Translations under genes and position numbers: made by a program
Part shown: piece by piece, positions 25,091-36,800 of the stretch
How the letters are laid out: each line of letters starts with the position of its first letter
Numbering within the stretch: position 1 is the first letter of the stretch
Notes under the pieces: model-generated
The model's database searches: none
The model's input: the letters and a program-made list of their open reading frames with translations, nothing else
What the model was told of the DNA's origin: nothing
Assembly (NCBI RefSeq): GCF_030028105.1
Contig: NC_092384.1
Location: 17,677,629-17,741,628 of the forward strand
Source: Mobula birostris
Taxonomy: Eukaryota
Length of the DNA: 64,000 nt
Direction of reading: 5' to 3'

Positions 25091-27939
25091 TGACTGGTCG
25101 TGACTAATTATATCTCTCAAGTGTAATTTTCATGTTGTCTTGGCCTGACGAGCACATTTTTCTACCATTTAGATTTACATTTTTGATTCGAAACCAAATG
25201 TTTTCTTCACTCAGGGATCTGCTCATCTCAGTACAAGTTTGACAGCACTTCATAGTCATTTACAAAGGAAAGTCAGTCTAGAATCTACCTCAGTGTTGTA
25301 ATTTATCACACAAGTAAAAAACCTATCTTCATAGGAAGGCCACTTCTGTTTTAAGAGTATGTTCAGAAATGTAGAAGAATTTTGACAAAACTCCGAATTG
25401 ATTTCATTATTTTCTGATTCAAATGAAAACAATTCTCAATTCTTCTCCAGGTATTTGCTCATGACAGGCTAATAAATGTTCTCGGTGCCAAAAGGCCACT
25501 GTTCATTCCTCTCCATCGATGCCACCTTCACGCTTGGACCGCTGTATAAATAAAATGTTTCTCTTGACATTGATATTGTTATGAGTTTCTCTGTAGTTCT
25601 GTGAAGTACAACGAGCACCGCAATCGATATAGTCAAAGATTAAAACGTTAGAATTGTATTTTATTTGATGTTGTGATGACGCTTCACATTATTCTCTTTG
25701 CAGAATGCTCAAGCCGTATAATTGAAACACAGATGTTGCAGAACATCATGACAAATTTTTAGTTGAGAGGAAAAGAGCTCAAAGTCACTTATTTTAACTT
25801 TGAGCCATTGTCTGTAACATGAGCGTCGAACTTAAAAATAAACGTCTGAAAATCGATTTTTGAACTGCATGCAAACTTCACCCACAAAAGGTTTCCATCA
25901 TATCATTAGGCTCGTTTGTGCATTTCTATTTTCTGCTATTTGTAACTTCCTGTTGACCTGCGTGAAAACTTTGTTGCAGATCTTTAGCTGAAAGAAGAAA
26001 TTGAATCGTAGTGTATAGCACGGAAGAGGCTCATCTCAACCATTCGGAATGAAATATTTTTGAAACTGTTATTTTCCCTTCCTCTATCATGGTACCACTT
26101 CCTCTGGAAGCTTGTTCTACACATCTACCCTCTGTCTGAAAACCCTGACATTCAGAGTTCTCCTTTAAATATTTCTTCTCTTAATTCAGAACGATATCCT
26201 CTCGCTTTAGGTCCCCCAGCTTGGAAAATTGACTATCACCATGTCCGTAGCAATGATTTACCGATTTTCATAACGTTATAAGCCATACTGCTGTATTCCA
26301 GAGTGAACAGCCCATTTCTGTACAATCCTTTCATGCCACCACAGCCTCCCCTTCAAAGCAATGTCCCGGTGTATCTCCACTGCAATCCTTTTAACTCTAC
26401 CGCGTGCATTCTATCTTGTGGTGACCAGAAGAACAAGTAACGCTCCAAGTGCGGCCTAGTCAATGGTTGCAGATGCAATATGATATCCCATCAATCGTCA
26501 AAACACTGTGAAGAGAGCAACTAGACTAATGGCCCTCTTGTCTAATATCCTGATGTGTCGTCTTTTCAGGAGACTATCAATGTGATCCCTAAGGTCCCTC
26601 TGTACCTCAACGGTTCCATATACTGTATAATGCATGTCTTTGCCAATGGTCCAGTAAATTATAAACAGAAGAGACTCTGCAGATGCTGAAATCCAGAGTA
26701 ATAAACACAAAATACTCCAGAAGCATAGCAGGTCTGACAACATCAGTGCAGCGGAATTAACAGTTGTCTTTTTGAGCCGAGATCCTTGATTAGCCTGATT
26801 GCTTTTCTTACGGAGTTGAAAGCAACGTTCCCTCTAATTTTGCAGTAGCGTAGACCAACCGTTGCACTGAGCAGGAAATTTTTACACCGCCTCTATGAGG
26901 ATTATGCACGGGCTGGCAGTTTATTAACAATGTGCTACCGCTTTGTACCAGTGTTGTAACTTGCAACACTGACAATGTAAGTACGTTGATGGTCTAAAGT
27001 ATTTTACATTAAAATTATCGTACGTTTATTATGCAGAAAAATTACGGATTATATTCATTGGCACATAAGTATATGGGTTTCAGAAATGCATAAACATAGA
27101 TTTCATAATCATATTAGCATAATTAACATTATCTAAAGGAAACTTCCAGCTGCGTGACAGCAAAGGCTATATGCGTGGGTGGAATTCGGTTACTGCGCGA
27201 CTGCATGCTTGCACAGCTTAATGGGAACAGTGGTGGCAAGTGTATACAGACGACATAGACAGGAGGCTGGGTTTCCTAATGAACTGAACTGCGTCCGCAA
27301 CCTTCTGTAATTTTCTTCTTGTTCTCGAGGGCTGTCTCCCGCTGTCAAAATTTTGAGTATTAGCATTGACTTGAAACCTACAAAGAGCTTTGAATTGTGT
27401 TAAGATTGATTATTGACGTACACAACCTTCACATTGTGATCATTTCAGACGACATTCTCTGTCTACGAAAAAAATATCATTTTCATATGGACACGTGAAT
27501 AAATTACTCGTACAGAGACGGTTGTAATATTTTCCTTGGAATGAAAAAATGGTCATGCAGAAAAAGGTACCCAATGAATTAAACAAAACAGCCCACTTTG
27601 TGTTCCATTCACAAAGTTTAATGAAGCTACAACCATTTCTTTGACAATGTCCATAAAACCTGAAACTTTTAATGACATTTGAATGAGGGCCAGAGTGGAC
27701 CCATTGTCCTACTTCCTGCATGGCCTTATGCATACAAATTTATAAATATATCACTGTTTCTGTATATGCCGTAGAGTTACCGAAATCTTAGCCAACACGA
27801 TAGGCAAATTCTATCTTCACAGTCGAACGCGATTAAATATTGCCTCAACAGGTACTAACTTTATTCGCTGTTATTGTAAATAAGCTACCCACTGTATTAC
27901 CATAAACTTTACAACTGATTTCAATACCCCTCTTTATCC

Positions 27940-28190
27940 GTGTGGTACGTGGTCAAGTGGTTAGTGCGTTGGGTTCACGATCTGAAGGTCGTGGGTTCGA
28001 TCCTCGGTCAATACACCACCAAATGCTCCACTCCACCTAGCTGAAAATGAGTACCGGCAAATGCTGGCGTCCAGCAAAAGATAGACCGGCGTCCTATCCG
28101 AGTGGGAGTTTCGTACTCCCAGTCGCTTCAAGCCACCGAAACCGGCATAAGCACTGGCCTGATGGGCCACAAGGCTCGGGACAGACTTTA
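27940..28190 (+). mobile_element. tRNA-derived SINE
   Basis: A box TGGTCAAGTGG and B box GGTTCGATCC followed by a non-tRNA body. Confidence 0.7.
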
Positions 28191-28289
28191 ATTTTAATTT
28201 TGATTTATTGGTTTCCCTGTGGGTTGGGGCCACAAGGCTCGGGACAGACTTTAATTTTAATTTTGATTTATTGGTTTCCCTGTGGGTTG
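28164..28289. repeat. Perfect 63-bp tandem duplication
   Basis: GGGCCACAAGGCTCGGGACAGACTTTAATTTTAATTTTGATTTATTGGTTTCCCTGTGGGTTG occurs twice in succession. Confidence 0.95.
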
Positions 28290-30239
28290 GAGCACAATTC
28301 AGTGTTTACGAGATGTCAATCACTTATTTGCTGTTTTCCTCTTCTATTACAATCGAGTGACTGAATTATTTGGCCTGAAATAATAAGAAGCTGCTCGACG
28401 AATTCAAGGGGCCATACAATGTGTGTGAAGACAAGAGAATGGTCAACGTTCTGCGATCGCAACTCGGGATTAGAGGGTAGAGGTAAGATAGTCCATATAA
28501 TAACTGTAAGAAGGAGGTGCGCGACCGAAGCTGTCAGGTAATAGGTGGAACCAAACTGTGGGCTCGAGTAGTGGAGTGGTTGCAAGCGGAGCGAGAATAG
28601 TTTTTTTTTATAATTGGCGGATTCTACCTGAAATTACAGAAACTTTGTCTCGCCAATGGCGACGACTCTCTGGATGTTGTTTTTTTTTACCGTCTGAGGA
28701 ACGTTCAGGTAAAATCATTGGGATGTATTTAGTAGAAGTTGTTCCTTTTTCTTGAAATGATTGGGAACCAGAAGAGGAGATTGTGACTGATGATATCAAC
28801 CATTCTCACGTTGAATGGCCGGTCGCGCAGAAGAGAGAGACGGAATGGTGGAGTCTGCCTTATTCCCGATCCTATCCTTCAGTTCCCTACTTCTATTGTT
28901 TTTTCAGTGGCAATTGGCTCCAATGAATCAGAAAAAAATGTCGAAGTTTCTTTGATGTGTTTACTGTATATCTGCGTTCAAAGAATGTTTGTGTTGAAGT
29001 TTGCATGCTGGTGTGCTCATTGAACTGTGAAGCTGCAGAGCTGCGCAAGTCAGTTTGTCAGCAAAATTGTTATAGTCTGTGAAAATAATTCAAAATCTAA
29101 CATTCAGTGACTAATTGAATCAAACGATTGCAAAATAAATTAGTGATGTACTCATCAGTTATCAATTTTAGATTGCTACCGCTATACACAAGGTTTATGT
29201 CAATGTTCGTTCAAGATCTCCCTTTTTAATTTACATGGAATTTCAACGGCAAAAGCTTGTCTTGTCCCACAGAAGAATGAAAGTTTTTTTTTCCTTACTT
29301 AGAATGAATTTTAGCAAAATCTAATTGGGAGAGTTGAGAAATCGTTGTAGAGGTAGCTATGTTACTAAATGCTTGTCTAACTCACAATACAAGCTCATTT
29401 TCGTGTTATTTCTGTCTGATTTCCGCGGCCTGATTTATCTACTGAGCTCACAGGTGGTTGCTTCACTAGAGTAAAAGTTTAACTTGAACTGGACCTTATT
29501 GCGAAAGGACATTACGAAATTGTGATGATTATATCGCCAGCGATATAATTGTTCTGCAAGCTGACGTATATGAACTAGAGCAGATTTGTCATTCTCTTTA
29601 AACTGACATTGCTGTTCTTCTTTTGCAATTGAAAACATGTTTATTGATTGGTTCAGAAAGAAATTTCGCCCATTTGTCACAATGTCCACTTCTCTTATTC
29701 TTAACTTTCAGTATTATTTCAGCCGTCGTTACCTACTTTCCCCACAGAAGATAAAGGGAAACAATCAGTTGGGAATGCATTCGTTCACAGTCCACAGAAC
29801 CGAAGCCTATTTCGATTTTGAGCTTCTCGCTTCCTATGAAAGCTTCACATCTGCGTACACTGAATGTTAGCTGCCGTGCTTAAATGCCGATACTTCTTTG
29901 TTGGGAAACTGCAGAGCGGCATATGTCAACTTTTCATCACTGCCACGTCGAGTCTGTGGAAATAATTCAATATCCAGTCTTTGTCAATTGTCCAGCAAAA
30001 AAGTGTAGCGATCGATTTTAAGATACAATTGTAATGTATTTAAACATTTTCATTTTCGGAATACTGCCATTTTATTGAAAGAGAGAAAACAGAAATCGCT
30101 GTTTCTTTGTTCTTCACTGCCATTTTGCCATGTTTTACATTATTGTATAAGGTATTATTTTACACGGAACGAAAACTGCTTTCGGTGGACGGGGAGGAGG
30201 CCTCGCCCGGCACATGTAACGTGCAGGCCCAGCGGTATG

Positions 30240-30610
30240 TGGACACGTCCTGATGATCGTTAACCAGATCCCCAGCTATGGGTAAGTACCTACACTGCTT
30301 TGGGGGCAGCCTCGAGGGAGTCGAAAGCTACGGGAGTAAACCTGGGCAGCAAATCCGGAGTGCAGCCCCGAATGTGGCTGGAAGTTATTGAGCATCCGTC
30401 CGGAAGCTCCTGCAGCCAAACTGTTGCCAAACGTGCTGCTTCATAAGCTTTCCTTTGGAGGACACTGGTGAGGTCAAGAGGGAGATTCTGACGAATGGAA
30501 ATCTTAGGATCGCCATACCTTCCGTCCTGGCTTGTGATGATATTCATCATCAGCCATCAGGGCCATTGTCCTTCGAGACAAACAGATGACCACCACCAAC
30601 CACCACAAAG
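30240..30610 (+). mobile_element. Short RTE-related repeat in the predicted 3' UTR
   Basis: AAATCCGGAGTGCAGCCCC motif recalled from RTE 5' regions, plus a (CCA)-rich tail; family call is tentative. Confidence 0.35.
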
Positions 30611-30616
30611 TCAACA

Positions 30617-30850
30617 TTAGACCCTTCTGTTTTTATAGTTTAAAACTAGATAGTTTAAGACTATAGTTTTATATTTTAATATTCTTTCCAAAAACAATGC
30701 TTCTTTTGTATCTCCCCGCCCCCAATCCCTTGGCTTTACCTTGGCATAGACAACATGTTCGTCCTGGCGTCTAACCTGGTGATCTTTTTTGTTTTCTCTC
30801 ACGTTTAGTGTAGCATAGGCAAGGTTATGTTCAAATGGCGCTATTCCGGT
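30617..30850 (-). CDS. Terminal cytoplasmic exon with tandem ITIMs (LAYATL, VVYAKV)
   Basis: Acceptor CTCTTTGTAACAG, then TGIAPFEHNLAYATLNVRENKKDHQVRRQDEHVVYAKVKP...stop at 30617. AATAAA on the minus strand at 30071-30076 is a possible polyA signal. Confidence 0.85.
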   Translation of the reverse strand, partial: TGIAPFEHNLAYATLNVRENKKDHQVRRQDEHVVYAKVKPRDWGRGDTKEALFLERILKYKTIVLNYLVLNYKNRRV

Positions 30851-33800
30851 CTGTTACAAAGAGGTAGTTAACATTGTTAGTGGCAAGTCTAATGCAATTC
30901 CAATTCCATTAAGAAAAATGAGTATGAAAGAGTAAACTTAAATAAGTTAAATGCGACATAATAACATTCCAGCATCAGTAAATAATATTGCGAGGTTTGT
31001 TGTTTCAGAAACGGTACGAAATGTGTTTTCCCTAGTGCTGAACGTCGCTGTGATCTTTCAAGATTGAAATTAATTTCCAAGCACCATTTTCAGTCTATTC
31101 TACGAGTAAGATGAGTTTCTCATCTATCGTCATCTTTTTCCTTCCGCATTTATTTCCCTTTTCCTCCTTTCCCTAACAGTTTACACAGGGACAACTGTCA
31201 CCTTTTTATTCTTCAGGCCCTACAGAGTATTGAAGCAGCGTTGTGTGGGTCAGTGGCTGTCTTGGGTTCTCATACACTGACAGACATGTCCATTCTGTAA
31301 TCGTAACTTATCATAATATTCCTCTATCAAAATACCCCTCTCAGAAGCAAAAAGAAAAGCTGTATCACCTACCGGTTCTCCGCACGGACTTGCTTCCTCA
31401 GAGGTTCTTTGAATACCTAATGGATTCAAAAGTACAATACTTTAAATAATAGCTGTAGTGTTCGGGCACGTGGCCAAGTGGTTAAGGCGTTCGACTAGCG
31501 ATCTGAAGGTGGTCAGTTCGAGCCCCAGCCGAGGCAGCGTGTTGTGTCCTTGAGCAAGGCACTTAATCACACAGTGCTCTGCGACGACACTGGTGACAAG
31601 CTGTATGGGTCCTAATGGCCTTCCCTTGGACAACATCGGTGTCGTGGAGAGGGGAGACTTGCAGCATGGGCAACTGTCGGTCTTCCGTACAACCTTGCCC
31701 AGGCCTGCGCCCTGGAGAGTGCAGACTTTCCAGGTGCAGATCCATGGTCTCGCAAGACTAATGGATGCCTTTATTAGTGTTATAAAAGTTGAAGTTGTGC
31801 GTTGGATTGCAATCAAATTTCTTGCCTAAAGGTGCAACTCCTGACAGCTATTCAAAATGCTATGGCGCACATTGTGGCCATGAAATGTGTTGTGCATGAC
31901 CTTTCATGAATGTGGTGGAACTAGATTTTGATTGAAAGAGTAGAGTGGCGGTACTTGTGTAAAATCGCCGCACAAAGTCAGACTGAAAACCCCAGGCGTC
32001 TGAAAAACATAGGCACAAGGAATGATTGGATAACTTGAATGGGAATGTAAAAGTATTCTGTAATTTATAGTAAGTATTGTCGAATGTGACTCGGATAATG
32101 CCTTGGAAATCTTGATTCTCCCATTAACATTTCTGTTTTCAATCTGTAGAGGTAATAAATGGAAATGCTTGCCAAATCATTCGTGTTCTTACCACGTTTT
32201 GCCTTTACTCCGATTCTTATCAAAATTATAATCAGAACTACAATTGCCAGTCCGCTCAACGCACCTCCGAGAATCAGGGGCTTATTGATGTTGTCTAGAT
32301 CTGGTAATAAAAGAAGAAACTGTGAAACATACATAAATATATAGCGACCGTGAGACAAGGAAGTAGAACATTTTAATTGGTAATTCAGGCCTAAACAAAT
32401 AAAGATTGCAAGAGGCACAATATGACACGAGTTTTAAGGTAATGATAGGACTTATGGAGCGAACAGATCATCTTACATCATGGTTCTTTACAGCGCAACA
32501 CACAAAAAAAATGTTACAGGAACTCAGCAGGCAAGGCAGCATCTGTGGAGAAAAGTGGGCAACTTTTCGGTCGAGAACCTTTGGCAGGACTGGTGCTGCC
32601 TGGCCTGTTGAGATCCTCCAGCATTTAGTGTGGGTTGCTTGGAGTTACAGCATCTACAGATATTCTCTCGTTTGAGTTTTGGTTCTTCACAGTGAGTACT
32701 TTTTATTTGGGTTAAGATATTTTTTTCTTATAAAGATGCCTTTGCAGATAGTTTGGTCGCAAATTTGAACTTACATCGTTTCTATTTCTGAACTGTCACT
32801 CGAAAATTTTCTCAATAGATTCCATTGAAAAACAAGAGAAAATGACGTTTTACTTCCATAAAACATCACGAGATGCATTAATAGAATATTAAAAAGCACA
32901 ATCCGAAGGATATATGAGGAGAAGAGTCCAGGTAATTGGTGAAAATTGGAGAGGAAAACGACAAGGTTTAGAGTAAGTAATAAGACAAGTACACTGGCAG
33001 AGAGAATTCCAGCTTTATGTGCGGAGGTAGCCAAAGGCGTAGAATTGCGCACATAGTTAAAAAAATAACAGAATACGGAACAATAGACGAATTTATATAT
33101 CATTTATAAATATTTGAAACATAAATATGATTTGACTATTTATAAACGTGACCAACTTCCAAATTACTGCTTGATCCTGTCTCACTTTCCTGTATGGTTC
33201 AGATGCTTCGTTTCTCAACTGGCATGAAATATAACTATATCAGTCTCGGATATTTCCAATGAATACACATGCACAATATTAGAAAGGTAGAAATTACAAA
33301 GATTTACCAACTTCTCAATGAGGAAACCTCTCAGTACTGACTCTTATCAGGACAAGGAATCTACCTCCGGCTGAAGGAAATTGTCAACTCATATCCCCTA
33401 CCGGAATCTTATCTATGTATTAGATCGTACTCTCAACTCACAGAGCCTTTTGAATAACCTTACATAAAATTGTTTGTTTTTTTTTGTCACGGTGATATTA
33501 CCGTACAGAAGGTAACATTCACATCCTTCCTGATCTTCTTATTACATATTCTATTTCTCGCTTGAGATTTTATTTGGTGCAAACATACTATATGTTCTTT
33601 ACACAAAATCTATCAAAGTAAAACATATTTTTCAAATCCTTTCACCCAAAGAACACCGTTTTATATAATTACAAAAAACTTTACTATCCATTTTAATATT
33701 TTAAACTACTTTATTTTCATAAGCTATCTTCCTTCCCTTATTGCTCTCTTAGTGATTCTTTGTTGTTTTTTTTTTAAGTTTTCCCAATCTTCCAGATTCC

Positions 33801-36800
33801 CACTACTCGTGGTGACTTTGTACGTATGAGCTTTCAGTTTGATATCTTTTTTTATTTCCTTAGTTATCCGACGCTGGCTCTCCCCACCTGTACTCTCCTT
33901 GCTTTTGACTGGAATATACTGCTATTGAGCATCGTGAACAAACTCTTTGAAAGTATTCTACTGTTCTTCAAACGTCCCACCAAGTAGCCTATGCTCCCAG
34001 TCTACCCTAGCCAGCTCTTCCCTCATCGTTTTGCATTCTCCCTTGATCAGGCATAAGGCACTGCTTTTAGTTCGAAATATTGTGCCTTCCATTTGTAGAA
34101 GAAAAACAGTCTTTCTAAGAGGATCCCTCACTACAAGATTGGTCATTTTACTTCTCTCATTCCGCAGGGCCATATCCAAGATTACATTTCCCTTTGTAGG
34201 TTCAGTAGCATGCTGTTGAAGAAAGCTATCACGTATAGATTCTTTGAAGTCCTCCTCAAGACTGCCTCGACCAACTTGATTGACGTAATCTATGTGCAAG
34301 TTAAAGTCTACGATACCTGCTGTTCCATACTTAATGCTTCAGTTATTTCTCGGTTTAATGCCTGTGCCACTGTAATGTTATTATTCGGTGGCATAAAGAC
34401 AACTCCCACCATGGATTTTCCCCTTTACTATTCCTAATCTCTATTCAGATGGAATCAACATTCCGAACCTCAGATCTTATATCGTCTCTCACTATCGTCC
34501 TGACCTCATCCTTATTTAAGAGAACTTTCCCGCCTCCCTTACCTTCCTGCCTATCCTTCTGTATTACCTGATATCCTTGGATATTTATTTTTCAATCCTC
34601 TCTATTCTGAATCCATGTGCAAGGTAAAGTCCACGGTACCTACTATTCCATTCTTACATGTCTCAGATATTTCTGGGTTTATTTCCTGTGCCACTGTAAT
34701 GATATTATTCGGTGGCCTAGGGACAATTCCCACCAATGTTTATTTTCCCTTTACTATTCCTAATCTCTACCCAGGCGACCTCAACCTCAACATTCTGCTC
34801 CAGAGATATTTTATCGTCTGTCACGATCGCCCTGCTCTCATCTTTAATTTAGGGGGCTTCCCCACCTCCCTTACCTTCCTGCCTATCCTCCCGTATTACC
34901 TGATGTCCTTGGGTAGTTAATTCCCAGTTCTCTCCATTCTGCAACCACGGTTCTGTACAGGCCACTAAATAATACGCTGTTAAACTGATTTGTGCCACAA
35001 GTTCACTGACTTTGTTCCGGATACTACGAGCATTTATATAAAGTGCCCTTACACACATTGTGCCTTTAAAATCTAGTGATCTTTGTCTTTTATGCGCTTG
35101 ATTTTTCTGCATTCCTCCATCACTTTTCTCTTTTTTTTCATCTTTTGTTTTTACTTTATCATTATCCACACTTTGCACTTTTACTTTATCCATACTTCTC
35201 CAATCTGCTGAACAAACCCACATGCTACATATTTTAAAAACCCTATCCACAACCCCAGTTAAGCGATTCGCCAGAATCCAGGTCCCATCACTGTTTAGGT
35301 GGAGCCCATCCGAAAGGAACAGCTCCCTCAATACTCGTGCCAATTTCGCATGAATTCAACCCCATTTCTCCCACATCAATTCCTGAACTACGCATTTAAC
35401 TGTCTAATCTTCTTAACCCTGTGCCAATTTGCACGTAGCTCAGGCAGTAATTTAGAGATTGCCACTTTTTCTGATTCTGCTTTTTAAGTTAGTCCCTAGC
35501 TGCTCAAAATCCCTGATCAGGATTTCTTCCCTTGTTCTACCTTTGTCGTTGACACCCACATTTCCTTGCAGATGTAAGGTTGTAAATAATGTAAAAACGG
35601 TACACACGTTAACTTCACTCCGTTGAAAAAAAAAATGAGATTTCACATTTTATTTCTCATGTTTATACAGCTGTCCAGGCATATTCTCATTCAGGTTGGA
35701 GCTTTCTTTAAATGCTTCCGGTCTTACCTTGTTCGATAATATAGCTGAAACTGGCAGGAATTTTGAGCGTTTCGTGAGATACCAGACAGGTGTAAACCAC
35801 TTTACCCTGAGCAGGCTGCGCATCTTCCAAAGTACTGGAAGCCTCATACAATCCTTCTGAAGTCTCAGTTATTGACGGATCTATTTTAGGTAGAATTTCC
35901 ATACTATTTCTGCGCCAAAGGATGTCTAATTTCTTCGGATAAAATGCTGCAGTTTTGCACATGAGCTTCCGGGTTTTCGATGAAGTTTCTTCAACACGAA
36001 TGATTTTCAGCGGAGTTGGGGGAGCTACAACAGAATAAAACGCGACGTAGATTTTTTAGCTATTATCTGATCGTATGCGTTCTCCGTCTCATGCTACCAC
36101 TCTCTATTGTTATCATTGCTGTCGTTTGAAATCGCCTGAATTTGTCATTTATTAATTATTTCAGGGGGCGGGTAAACATGATAAAACAGATGTGTCGGTG
36201 ACAGATGGGGAACGCACGCCTGTTTGGAATAAACGTAGCAGGTTTAGTGGGTGTTAGGATTAAGCATATAACCATATAACAATTACAGCAAGGAAACAGG
36301 ACATCTCGGCCCTTCTAGTCCATGCCGCACTCTTACTCTCACCTAGTCCCACCGACCTGCGCTCAGCCCATAACCCTCCATTCCTTTCCTGTCCATATAT
36401 CTATCCAATTTAACTTTAAACGACAACGTCGAACCTGCCTCAACCACTTCTGCTGGAAATCTTTCCACACAGCTACCAGTCTCTGAGTAAAGAAGTTCCC
36501 CCTCATGTTACCCCTAAACTATTTCCCTTTAGCTCTGAACTCATGTCCTCTTGTTTGAATCTCCTCCACTCTCAATGGAAAAAGCCTATCCACGTCAACT
36601 CTATTAGTGATAATTTTTCAAAACCCGTTAGATTCTAGTTCCTGAGGATTGGAGGGTGGCTAATGTAACCCCACTTTTTAAAAAAGGAGGGAGAGAGAAA
36701 CCGGGGAATTATAGACCGGTTAGCCTAACGTCGGTGGTGGGGAAACTGCTGGAGTCAGTTATCAAAGATGTGATAACAGCACATTTGGAAAGTGGTGAAA

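Noticed and set aside
27940-28015. tRNA gene (also 31462-31535)
   Set aside because: A and B boxes are present but there is no complete acceptor stem, and the sequence continues into SINE body.
32771-33103. Hydrophobic ORF as an alternative TM exon
   Set aside because: T-rich strand bias explains the hydrophobicity; no convincing acceptor/donor pair.
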